The position numbers and the translations under genes are program-made. From Candidatus Competibacter sp. (lineage in GTDB: Bacteria; Pseudomonadota; Gammaproteobacteria; Competibacterales; Competibacteraceae), in assembly GCA_035442025.1 (NCBI GenBank), contig DAORPQ010000004.1, positions 14,515 to 78,514 of the forward strand: DNA of 64,000 nucleotides, written 5' to 3'. The notes beneath the pieces were generated by a model. It saw only the letters and a list, made by a program, of their open reading frames with translations, searched no databases and was not told where the DNA came from. Position 1 is the stretch's first letter, and every line of letters begins with the position of its first letter. Below are positions 52,072 to 61,800 of this stretch, in pieces.

Positions 52072-53582
52072 GCGTTGACCCTCGCCGCTCGATTCCGGCC
52101 GTCGCGACGCTGGGCACCGCCGGTCTGACGGTATTCCCGGCACCGGGCGATGGTCGGAATCACCTTGCCCGGATTGAGCAGCCCCAGCGGATCGAATGCC
52201 GCCTTGACCCCGGCGAACGCGGCCAGTTCCTCCGGCGTGAACTGCACGCACATCTGCGCCAGCTTCTCGATGCCGACCCCGTGTTCGCCGGTGATGGTGC
52301 CGCCGAGCGCGACCGACAGTTCGAGCACGTCCGCGCCGAACGCCAACGCCCGCGCCATTTCTTCCTTGTCGCTGGCGTCGAACATGATCAGCGGATGCAA
52401 GTTGCCGTCGCCGGCATGAAAGACGTTGGCGCAGCGCAGGCGGTACTTTTGCTCCATCGCCGCGATGGCCGAGAGCATCTCCCCCAGCCGCTTGCGCGGA
52501 ATGGTGCCGTCCATGCACAAATAATCGGGCGTGAGGCGGCCGACCGCCGGAAAAGCGGCCTTGCGGCCCGCCCATAACCTCAAGCGTTCGGCCTCGTTTC
52601 GCGAAACGTGGATACGCCGGACGCCGGACGCTTCCAGCACCTGCCGCACCCGCTCGATTTCGTGGCGCACCTCGTCCGGCGCGCCGTCCGATTCGCACAA
52701 CAGCACCGCCGCCGCGTCGGTGTCGTAACCGGCGCGGGCAAACGGTTCGACCGCCGCGATAGCCTGTCGATCCATCATTTCCAGACCGGCCGGGATGATA
52801 CCGGCGGCGATGATCGCCGCCACCGCGTCACAGGCCGCCGCCACCGTGGCAAAGGAGGCCATGACGACTTGCGCGGTGTCCGGCTTCGGCGTCAGCCGCA
52901 CGGTGATTTCGGTGGCAACGGCGAGCATCCCCTCGGAACCGTTGATGGCGGCCAGCAGATCGAGGCCGGGCGAATCGGGCGCTTTGCTCCCGAAAACCAC
53001 TTCGTCGACCCCCTCTTCCGACAGGACCAAGGCGCGCACCGCCAGCACGTTGTGAACGGTCAACCCGTACTTGAGGCAATGCACGCCCCCGGAATTCTCG
53101 GCGACGTTGCCGCCCAAGGTGCAGGCGATCTGCGAGGAGGGATCGGGCGCGTAATACAGGTTGAACGGGGCCGCCGCTTCCGATAGCGCGAGGTTGCGCA
53201 CGCCCGGCTGGACCCGCGCCACCCGCGCCGCGGGATCGATTTCCAGAATTTTCATGAAACGCGCCAGCGCTACGACGATGCCCTCGGCGTGGGGCATGGC
53301 GCCGCCCGACAAGCCCGTTCCCGCACCGCGCGCCACCACCGGCACGCGGTGCCTGCGACAGGCTTCCAGCACCGCCTTCAACTCGGCCTCGGTGCGCGGC
53401 AACACCACCGCCTGGGGCAACTGGCGGTAGGCGGGCAGGCCGTCGCACTCGTAAGGCCGCACTTCTTCCACGCGCTCCAGCAGGCTCAGTCCGGGCAACG
53501 CGGTTCGTAACCCGGCCAGCATGAGGGCACAATCCGGCGGTTTTGGGACAGCGCCGGCCGGCTGGTCGTGGAATGCGTTCAT
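52068..53582 (-). CDS. glcD: Glycolate oxidase subunit GlcD (FAD-linked oxidase)
   Basis: 504 aa. VVARGAGTGLSGGA, TLGGNVAENSGG, GTITGEHGVG. Confidence 0.95.
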   Translation of the reverse strand: MNAFHDQPAGAVPKPPDCALMLAGLRTALPGLSLLERVEEVRPYECDGLPAYRQLPQAVVLPRTEAELKAVLEACRRHRVPVVARGAGTGLSGGAMPHAEGIVVALARFMKILEIDPAARVARVQPGVRNLALSEAAAPFNLYYAPDPSSQIACTLGGNVAENSGGVHCLKYGLTVHNVLAVRALVLSEEGVDEVVFGSKAPDSPGLDLLAAINGSEGMLAVATEITVRLTPKPDTAQVVMASFATVAAACDAVAAIIAAGIIPAGLEMMDRQAIAAVEPFARAGYDTDAAAVLLCESDGAPDEVRHEIERVRQVLEASGVRRIHVSRNEAERLRLWAGRKAAFPAVGRLTPDYLCMDGTIPRKRLGEMLSAIAAMEQKYRLRCANVFHAGDGNLHPLIMFDASDKEEMARALAFGADVLELSVALGGTITGEHGVGIEKLAQMCVQFTPEELAAFAGVKAAFDPLGLLNPGKVIPTIARCREYRQTGGAQRRDGRNRAARVNA

Positions 53583-53831
53583 GGGCTGAGCCTCCTTTCG
53601 GTCGTTGGCGTGAAGCCTTGTGGGACGTATTGGGTGGGATATCGAAAAAACGGTCTGGGTTTCGCCGGCGATCCACCGGGCTCGCCCCGCTGCCGCAGGT
53701 TGCGAATCCGGTTACAAATGCAATCAAATTCAACAATTAAGAAATCATCGCGAAACCCCTAAAACTTATAGTGCACCCGACGGATGACGAAAGACAGTGA
53801 TGTTCCTGCAAATACCTCGTGGAGACAGATC

Positions 53832-54110
53832 ATGAAAACCTTAGCTATCGCCATCGCGCTGGGCTTGGCCGGCGGTCTTTCCGGCGCGGCTCGCGCCGAG
53901 CCGTTCAACGACCGCGGTGAAGACTTCATCGCCGGCGTGAAATTCGACTCCAGGGCGCAACGCCAACCGGTCGGCATCCTGCTGAGCGGCTTCAACGACC
54001 GCGGCGAAGTCTATGCGGTCAGGGTCGCCGCGACCCCCAGCAAGCCTTTGAGCGAGGTTCGCATCACGCGCGCGGGCTTCAACAACCGCAGTCATGTCAG
54101 CGTTTATTGA
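53832..54110 (+). CDS. Small secreted hypothetical protein with FN[DN]R repeats
   Basis: ATG at 53832 after GGAGA. Signal peptide MKTLAIAIALGLAGGLSGAARA. Motif recurs three times (EPFNDRGEDF, SGFNDRGEVY, AGFNNRSHV). No recognisable family. Confidence 0.5.
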   Translation: MKTLAIAIALGLAGGLSGAARAEPFNDRGEDFIAGVKFDSRAQRQPVGILLSGFNDRGEVYAVRVAATPSKPLSEVRITRAGFNNRSHVSVY

Positions 54111-54120
54111 GCCAACCAGA

Positions 54121-54139
54121 CCCCCGGCCCCGCCGGGGG
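54121..54139. terminator. GC hairpin between convergent small genes
   Basis: CCCCCGGC-CCC-GCCGGGGG, a perfect 8-bp stem. No U tract on either strand. Confidence 0.35.
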
Positions 54140-54144
54140 TTCGA

Positions 54145-54519
54145 TCAATCCAAACCGGGGCCGTCCAAGCCGTGAGAAGCGTTGCTGGAGCGGCGGGCCG
54201 CCAGCGACCGCATGGCGCGGGCGGCCTGTTCGCGGGTGTAGAATCGGCCTCGGCGCAGGAATCCCGCGACCACCGAACCCTTGACGGCGACGACCCGCCC
54301 CGAAGGATGCTGGCGCCGGACCCACCCCTCGGGCAAGCCATCCAGCAAATGCATGGGAGCCGGCGCGCCGTCGCTGAAGCGGGCGACTTCCACCGATCCA
54401 CTTTCGGCATCGTAAAAGGCCGGCAAAAAACCGCTGGATCGGTTGCCCTGACTCACGCCGCCGGTGCCGGCGAAAACCGAGTTTTCCCGGCGAAGCCGCT
54501 CGGGTGTTAGTGCGTTCAT
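54145..54519 (-). CDS. Hypothetical protein
   Basis: 124 aa from ATG at 54519, preceded by AGGAGG. No recognisable motif. Confidence 0.45.
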   Translation of the reverse strand: MNALTPERLRRENSVFAGTGGVSQGNRSSGFLPAFYDAESGSVEVARFSDGAPAPMHLLDGLPEGWVRRQHPSGRVVAVKGSVVAGFLRRGRFYTREQAARAMRSLAARRSSNASHGLDGPGLD

Positions 54520-54704
54520 GGCGTCCTCCTGCTCCGGCGGCGACCGATCGTCACCGGGTAGTGAATCCAGCAAACGGCCGTCCTCGTTTTGCAACCAAAA
54601 TCCTGTAAAACGGTAAGAAGGTTCGGCGTTTGCCGTTAATGAACGCCAAGCTACGCCCGCGAAATTTCAGCCTGATTTCTCGATTCTGGAACTTTATTTC
54701 AACT

Positions 54705-54724
54705 GTTTCAGTCCCTGCTGAAAC
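54705..54724. promoter_or_regulatory. Perfect inverted repeat upstream of the ABC/polysaccharide locus
   Basis: GTTTCAG-TCCCTG-CTGAAAC lies 39 nt upstream of the ABC ATPase start. A related imperfect repeat GAAATTTCAG-C-CTGATTTC lies at about 54661-54679. Confidence 0.35.
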
Positions 54725-54762
54725 CCGAGAGCAACCCGACACGATGGACGACGCCCTCAACG

Positions 54763-55698
54763 ATGAACGCCTCTGAACGAATAGCGCGGGAAGAACCGGT
54801 CCTGCTGGCGACCGGTCTCGTCAAACAGTTCGCCGGCCGCCGCGTCGTCGATGGCGTGGGCTTGAGTTGCCGGGCCGGTCAGGTGCTGGGCCTGCTGGGC
54901 GCCAACGGGGCCGGCAAGACCACCACCTTGCGGATGTGCTACGGCTTTCTTCAACCCGACACCGGCACGATTCGGATAGCGGGCATCGACCGCCGCGCCG
55001 ATCCCGAGGCGGCGGCCCGGCGCGTGGGCGTTTGCACCCAGGACGACACCTTCGACAACGATTTCACGGTGCGCGGCAACCTGGAGCAGGTCAGCCGTTA
55101 TTTCCGGCTCCGACCGACCGCGCTGAAGGGACGGATCGGCGAGCTACTCGAACGCTTCGGGCTGGACCGCTACGCCAACGACAAACCCGAAATCCTCTCC
55201 GGCGGCTACCGACGTCGGCTCATGCTCGCCCGCGCGCTGGTCCACCAACCGCGGTTGCTGTTTCTCGACGAGCCGACCACGGGGTTGGACCCGCAAGCCC
55301 GGCTGGAAGTCTGGGAATTGATCGACACCCTGCGGCGTGAAGGCTTGGGCATCGTTCTGACCACCCATTACATGGAGGAAGCCGAGCGGCTGTCCGACGA
55401 GCTGCTGGTGTTGCGCGAAGGCCGGACGGTGGCCGCCGGCCAATCGCCGACCGTGCTGGGGGATTTGGTCGGCGAGCACATGCTGGTGTTGGACGCCCGC
55501 GATCCGGCCGCCCCGGCGGTCCGTGAGTGGGCCCGCCAAGCCGGTTTGTCGGAACCCAGCCGGGTACTTTCCAGCTTGCATCTGGCGCTGGATGGACCGG
55601 CCCTCGCGCAGTTCAGCGCCCGCTTCGGCGAACTGCGCTTCGAGGTCCGCCCGCCCACGCTGGACGATCTGTTCCTGAAACTGGCCGAGAAACCATGA
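54763..55698 (+). CDS. ABC transporter ATP-binding protein (ABC-2/NodI/DrrA-like exporter class)
   Basis: 311 aa. Walker A GANGAGKTT, signature LSGGYRRRL, Walker B LLFLDEPTTGLD. Confidence 0.9.
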   Translation: MNASERIAREEPVLLATGLVKQFAGRRVVDGVGLSCRAGQVLGLLGANGAGKTTTLRMCYGFLQPDTGTIRIAGIDRRADPEAAARRVGVCTQDDTFDNDFTVRGNLEQVSRYFRLRPTALKGRIGELLERFGLDRYANDKPEILSGGYRRRLMLARALVHQPRLLFLDEPTTGLDPQARLEVWELIDTLRREGLGIVLTTHYMEEAERLSDELLVLREGRTVAAGQSPTVLGDLVGEHMLVLDARDPAAPAVREWARQAGLSEPSRVLSSLHLALDGPALAQFSARFGELRFEVRPPTLDDLFLKLAEKP

Positions 55699-56510
55699 CG
55701 CTCCATTACCGCGCCGCTTTCCAGTGGCAGAGTCGCGCCGTTTTGGGCCGACACCTGACCGTGTACCGCCGTAACTGGTATACCGCCGCGCTGCCGCCGT
55801 TGTTCGAACCCATCATCCTGCTGCTGGCGTTCGGGGTGGGGTTGGGCGGTTTCATTCCCGAATTCGCCTGGCGCGGGCGGCCCGTACCCTATCTGGCCTA
55901 CCTGGCGCCCGGCATGTTGGCCTACACCGCGTTCATGACCGCCTTCTTTCAAGCGTTGTTCGCGGCCTACATCCGAATGCATTACCAGAAAACCTGGGAA
56001 GGGCAACTCATCACCCAGGTGCGGCTGGAGCATGTGGTTTGGGGCGAGGCGCTGTGGGCCGCCACCCTGGGTACTTTCTATGCCCTGATCGTGATTCTGG
56101 TGCTGGCGGGCTTCTCGCTGACCGGCTGGCTGCACCTGCACTGGTTCAGCGCGCTGCTGGTGCTGCCGTTGCTGTTTCTCGCCGCGCTGGCCTTCGCTTC
56201 GTTGGGGCTCTTGTTCACGGCGCTGGTACCCAGCATCGATCACATGAACATCCCGTTCTTTCTGGTGATCATGCCGCTCGGTTTCGCCAGCAGCACCTAC
56301 TTTCCCCTGGAAGGCGACTCGCCCTGGATTCGGCTTTGGTTGACCCTGAACCCCTTGCACCATCTGGCGGAAGGGGTCCGTTTCCTGCTGCTGACCGGCG
56401 AGCTAAACCAACATTTGGCGGCGGCCTGCGGCCTGTTTTTACTGATGATCTCGATCCTTATCCCCATCGACGAGCGGCTGTTACGCAAGCGGGTGTTGGG
56501 TGAGGGTTGA
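55695..56510 (+). CDS. ABC-2 type transporter permease (NodJ/YadH-like)
   Basis: ATG at 55695 overlaps the ATPase stop (ATGA). 271 aa with six hydrophobic segments. The ORF-track N-terminal extension lies inside the ATPase gene. Confidence 0.85.
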   Translation: MTLHYRAAFQWQSRAVLGRHLTVYRRNWYTAALPPLFEPIILLLAFGVGLGGFIPEFAWRGRPVPYLAYLAPGMLAYTAFMTAFFQALFAAYIRMHYQKTWEGQLITQVRLEHVVWGEALWAATLGTFYALIVILVLAGFSLTGWLHLHWFSALLVLPLLFLAALAFASLGLLFTALVPSIDHMNIPFFLVIMPLGFASSTYFPLEGDSPWIRLWLTLNPLHHLAEGVRFLLLTGELNQHLAAACGLFLLMISILIPIDERLLRKRVLGEG

Positions 56511-56571
56511 CGGTTTTTCGCAGCATCACCTTGGAAATGCGTGCCTCGCAACCATTATAAGAATTTTAATC

Positions 56572-58761
56572 ATGAGACTTTTTTTATTTCGTACCGCATC
56601 CGCGCTCGCTATTGCCGCTTTATCCGCCAGCCTTGCGCCAAGCCATGCGGCGCCTGCTGTCGACGTTACCGTCGACCTTCGCGCCGGTCCCACCAACACG
56701 TTCATTCCCGCCGTCGCGCTGGGCGCTGGGGTGGACGGCCACTCGCGCAGCGACAGCGCGGCCATCTACCAGCCGGAAACCCTGCGCGCGATGCGCTCGG
56801 CGGGGTTGGGAGCGCTCAGCTACCGGCTGCGCACCGAACTGGCGATCGAGGCTTGGCACTGGAATCCGCGCGGGCGCTGGAGCGACCGTCCGCACGCCCG
56901 AGGCTACTGGACCTCCGACGACCGGCCGAGCGCCCCGATCCCGACCTCCTACGGCTATCGTTTGCCGCGCCGTGGCAACTCCGTCGATCAGGCGGAAAAC
57001 GACGGTTACTCCCGGCTCGCCGATGGCGATTCCGCCAGCTTTTGGAAAAGCAATCCTTACCTGGATCGCCGTTACACCGGCGAAGACAACCGCCGCCACC
57101 CCCAATGGTTGATTGCCGACTTGGGAAGTCGCACGCCGGTAAACGGTATTCGCATCATTTGGGGCAACCCTTATGCGGTGCGCTATGCGGTGCAGTACTG
57201 GGACGGCGAAGACCCGCAAGATCCGGACGAGTATCCCGACGGTCGCTGGCAACCCTTTCCCGAAGGCGCGGTAGCGCAGGGCCACGGCGGTAATGTCACG
57301 CTGCGCTTGAGCCAGTCCCCAATCGCCGTGCGTTTCCTGCGAGTTTTGTTGGAAGATGCCTCCCACACCGCGCCGCCGAGCGCCAAAGACCCGCGCGATG
57401 CGCTCGGCTACGCGGTGCGGGAAATTTATCTCGGAACGCTGGATGCCGCCGGCCGACTCCGCGACGCGGTGCGCCACGGTAAGACCCGCAAAACCCAGAC
57501 CCGGTTTTTCGTCTCCTCCACCGATCCCTGGCACCGCGCCAGCGATCTGGATAACGGGGTGGAACAGCCCGGCATCGACCGGTTGTTCGCCAGTGGCCTG
57601 ACTCGCGGTTTGCCGGTGCTGATGGCAGTAGGCGCGCTCTACGACACGCCGGACAACGCCGCTGCCCTGCTGCGCTATCTGCGGCGACGCGGCTATCCCC
57701 TGCGCGGCATCGAGATCGGCGAGGAGCCTGACGGTCAGTACGTTGCGCCGGAGGACTACGGCGCGCTCTACCTGCAAACGGCGGACGCGCTGCGCGCCAT
57801 AGATTCCACCATCACCCTGGGCGGTCCTTCGTTCCAATCGCTTTGGGATCAACCGATGATGGCGTGGTCGGGAACCGCAATCGCGCCCGATCGCCCTTGG
57901 CTCGCGCGCTTTCTGGCCTATCTCGACGAAAGGAACCGTAAAGCGGCCCTGGGCTTTCTGTCCTTCGAGTGGTATCCCTTCGATGATGTTTGCGAGCCGC
58001 CCGCCGCTCAATTACAACAGGCGGCAGCGCTGCTGGCCTCAGGCCTGGCGGAGCTTTACCGCCAGGGGTTGGCGCGCGACATCCCGCTCTATATCACCGA
58101 ATACGGCTATTCCGCGTTCTCTGCCCAAGCGGAAGTTGATCTGACCGGCGCCTTGTTCAACGCCGATGCCGTGGGAACCTTCCTGACCCTCGGCGGCGCG
58201 ACCGCCTATTTGTACGGCTACGAACCCAGCCCGATTTATCGGGGACCGGACTGTAACACCTGGGGTAACAACACTTTGTTTTTAGCGGACGAGCGCCGCC
58301 GAATTTTGGCGCGCACCGCAACTTACCACGCCGCAACCTTACTGAACCGACAATGGGTAGGGGACCCGACCCAGGCCCACGAGGTCTATCCGGCCACACT
58401 GGATAACGCTATTTCAGATGACTCATCGCCGTTGGGCGTTTATGCTGTAAGGCGTCCCGATCGACGATGGGCAATTTTGGCGGTCAACAAGGACCCGCAA
58501 CGAGACTGGACTATCGCGTTGCATTTCGTGGGGCCCGCCTCCGATACCGTCGTGCCTTTGCTCGGTCCCGCCGATCTTTATCAGTTTTCCGCCGAACAAT
58601 ACCGCTGGCAAGCGAACGGCGCGCGCGGGCGACCGGCGCGCAGTCGGCCGCCCGAGCACACCCGCCTGTCCGACCGCGCTGCGGTGAGCGTGCGGTTGCC
58701 ACCCTGGTCGCTGACGGTGGTTCAAAGCGCGGGACCGCGATCTCGGGCGACCGCGCCGTGA
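56572..58761 (+). CDS. Secreted discoidin (F5/8 type C)-domain protein with a clan GH-A-like TIM-barrel glycosidase fold, putative
   Basis: Signal peptide MRLFLFRTASALAIAALSASLAPSHA. Discoidin-like segment (SFWKSNPY...HPQWLIADLGSRTPVNGIRIIWGNPYAVRYAVQYW...VRFLRV). Candidate acid/base IGEEPDG and nucleophile YITEYGYS, as in clan GH-A enzymes. Family is not assignable by eye. Confidence 0.6.
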   Translation: MRLFLFRTASALAIAALSASLAPSHAAPAVDVTVDLRAGPTNTFIPAVALGAGVDGHSRSDSAAIYQPETLRAMRSAGLGALSYRLRTELAIEAWHWNPRGRWSDRPHARGYWTSDDRPSAPIPTSYGYRLPRRGNSVDQAENDGYSRLADGDSASFWKSNPYLDRRYTGEDNRRHPQWLIADLGSRTPVNGIRIIWGNPYAVRYAVQYWDGEDPQDPDEYPDGRWQPFPEGAVAQGHGGNVTLRLSQSPIAVRFLRVLLEDASHTAPPSAKDPRDALGYAVREIYLGTLDAAGRLRDAVRHGKTRKTQTRFFVSSTDPWHRASDLDNGVEQPGIDRLFASGLTRGLPVLMAVGALYDTPDNAAALLRYLRRRGYPLRGIEIGEEPDGQYVAPEDYGALYLQTADALRAIDSTITLGGPSFQSLWDQPMMAWSGTAIAPDRPWLARFLAYLDERNRKAALGFLSFEWYPFDDVCEPPAAQLQQAAALLASGLAELYRQGLARDIPLYITEYGYSAFSAQAEVDLTGALFNADAVGTFLTLGGATAYLYGYEPSPIYRGPDCNTWGNNTLFLADERRRILARTATYHAATLLNRQWVGDPTQAHEVYPATLDNAISDDSSPLGVYAVRRPDRRWAILAVNKDPQRDWTIALHFVGPASDTVVPLLGPADLYQFSAEQYRWQANGARGRPARSRPPEHTRLSDRAAVSVRLPPWSLTVVQSAGPRSRATAP

Positions 58762-58825
58762 TGCATCGCAGCGCTCCAACAGCGACCGCAACCTGACGGA
58801 CGGCCTTCGACCGCAATCTATCGCC

Positions 58826-61800
58826 ATGTCCCAGCCTTTGCTCAAACCGGAAGATCCGGCCGGTTCCGATGCGCCGTTAGCGCCAGCGGAAAGCGGCGCT
58901 GTCATGGTCAAGCCAGTCTTCTTCGATCCCGCGCGCAAGCGCTGGCCACGCCTGCGCGCGGGGATGATGCTGGCCGCACTCGGCCTGACGGTGCTGTTGG
59001 GGGGACTCTTGGCCAGCATCCTGGCCAGTCCGGTGCTGCCCGCGCTCAACCTGCCGGGCGCCAGTTTTTTGCCGCTAGGGGCCCACGCCGTTCCCGCCCT
59101 GCCCGCGCTAGCTCCCGAGCGCGCGCTCACCCGCCGCGAACGCGCCCTGCATAAAACCAAGCTGAAACTGGCTCGCGAGCGCGAGCGCGATTTGCGACAA
59201 CTGCTGGCGACCCAGATTCACAAAGCGGGTCCCATCGCGGACAAACCGCAACTCGCCATCGGCTTTTTCGTGAACTGGGACGATTCGAGCATGACTTCGC
59301 TCAAGCAGAATCTCGGCAGCCTGGATATGGTGATCGCCGAGTGGCTGCACCTTGCGGCCGAGGATGGCTCGTTGCGAGAAGACGATCCCGTCCGTCAGTC
59401 GCAGGCCACGAGCTACATCCGCACCCGCCATCCCGATTTGTCGATCGTCCCGCTGGTCAACAACTGGAACGGTCACGACTGGGAAGGGGCAAAACTGGGG
59501 CGGGTGCTGGCCGACCAGCCGGCGCGGACGCGCGTAATCGGGCAGTTGCTCGCCTATGTGGAACGCCACAATTTCGCCGGCGTCAGCATCGACTTCGAAA
59601 ACATCCCCGCCAAGGCTCAACCCGACTTCCAGCGCTTCATGGCCGAACTCTACACCGTGTTCCATCCGAAGAATTTATCGGTCTCGGTGAACGTGCCGGC
59701 CAGCGACCCAGCCTTCGACTACCGCAAATTGGCCGGCAGCGCCGATCACCTGATCCTGATGGCCTACGACGAGCACTGGTCCACCGGCGCGCCCGGCCCC
59801 ATCGCCAGCCTGCCTTGGTTCGCCAAAGTGCTGCGCCAGCGCCAGCATGACGTACCCGCCGCCAAAACGATCGTCGCCATCGGCAATTACGCTTACGATT
59901 GGGAAAACGGCCACCCCGCCGAGGAGCGGACCTTCGAAGAAGCGGTGCTGGTCGCCAAGGAATCGGAAGGCGCTATTCATCTCGACCCCGTTTCGCTCAA
60001 TCCCACCTTCGATTACGCCGACGACAACGATCGCATCCATCATGTCTGGATGTTGGACGCTGTTACGGCTTTCAATCAGTTGGCGGTCGTGGGTTCAATA
60101 CGACCGCGCGGGGTCGCGCTCTGGCGTCTGGGCAGCGAAGATCCCGCGCTCTGGCGGGTGTTTGGCAAAACCGGGCCGATGGACGCGGCGCGCGCCGCCG
60201 AATTGGGCGAAATCCATTTCGGCTACGGTCTGGATTACGAGGGGAAAGGCGAGGTCCTCGAAATCACCGCCCGCCCGCAGCCGGGGGCTCGGACCCTCAC
60301 TTTCGATCCGAAACGCAACTTGATTACCGCCGAACGCTACACGCAATTTCCGTCGCCCTACATGATTACCCGGCACGGCGGCATACCGCGCAAGGTCGCC
60401 TTGACTTTCGACGATGGCCCCGATTCACGCTTTACGCCCCAGATTCTCGATGAGCTCCATAAAGCCGGCGTTCCGGCCACCTTCTTCATCATCGGCGTCA
60501 ACGGCGAGCTGAATCCAGATTTGTTGCGACGCGAGGTCGATGAAGGCCATGAGATCGGCAATCACACCTTCACCCATCCCAACATTTCCAGCATTTCCTC
60601 GGGCCAGTTTCAGCTCGAACTGTCCGCGACCCAACGTCTGCTGGCCAGCGCGGTGGGCCGCCATTCGTTGCTGTTCCGCCCGCCTTACGCGGTCGACGCC
60701 GAACCCGAAACCATCGACCAGCTCCGCCCCATCGAGTGGGCGTCCGAACAAGGCTATCTGGTGGTGGGGATGCAGATCGACCCCGACGATTGGCAGCGGC
60801 CCGGCGTGGAGGAGATCGTCCGGCGCACCGTGGCCGAGGCGGAACGCGGCGAAGGCAACATGATCCTGCTGCACGACGCCGGCGGCGACCGCAGCCAAAC
60901 CGTGGAAGCCATTCCCAAAATCGTCGCGGCGTTGCGCGAGCGGGGTTTCCAGTTCGTGACCGTCTCCGATTTGCTGGGCCGGAGCCGCGACGAGGTCATG
61001 CCGCCGGTGCCGCCCGACAGCCGGTGGCAAACTTGGTGGGACGGGGCGGCGTTCGGCGTGTTCAACTGGTCGGCGGCGCTCATCCATTGGCTGTTTTTGC
61101 TGGGGATCGTGCTCGGCATCGCCCGCTTGCTGTTGATCGGCGTGCTCGCCCTGTACCAGCGCTGGCGCGGGCGGCACGCGGTCTTCGACCCGACCTATAC
61201 GCCTTCGGTGGCGGTGATCGTGCCCGCCTACAACGAAGAAAAAGTCATCGCCCAGACCGTTGTTTCCCTGTTGGCCAGCCAGCATCCCCAGCACTTCGAA
61301 ATTATCGTGATCGACGACGGTTCCGCCGACGCCACCTATCGGGTAGCGCGTGACACCTTCGCGAACGATCTGCGGGTGCGGGTGTTCACCAAACCCAACG
61401 GCGGCAAACCGGCCGCGCTCAACTTCGGTCTGGCGCAAACCCGCGCGGAAATCGTCGTGGCCTTGGACGCCGACACCGTGTTCACCCGCGACACCATCAG
61501 CAAGTTGGTCCGGCATTTTGCCGATCCGGGCATTGGCGCGGTGGCCGGCAACGCCAAGGTGGGCAACCGGGTCAACCTGCTCACCCGTTGGCAGGCGCTG
61601 GAATATATCACCAGCCAGAACCTGGACCGGCGCGCTTTCGATGTGCTCAACTGTATTACGGTGGTCCCCGGCGCGGTGGGGGCTTGGCGGCGCGAGCTGA
61701 TCGCACGGGCCGGTGGGTTCACTCATCTCACGCTGGCGGAGGACGCCGATCTCACCATGCAGATCCGCAAGCTGGGCTACACCATCGCGTATGAAGACGA

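Noticed and set aside
50956-52698. 580-aa version of GlcE suggested by the ORF track
   Set aside because: The first ~209 codons lie inside glcD in another frame. The conserved GlcE sequence begins at ATG 52071, which overlaps the glcD stop as ATGA.
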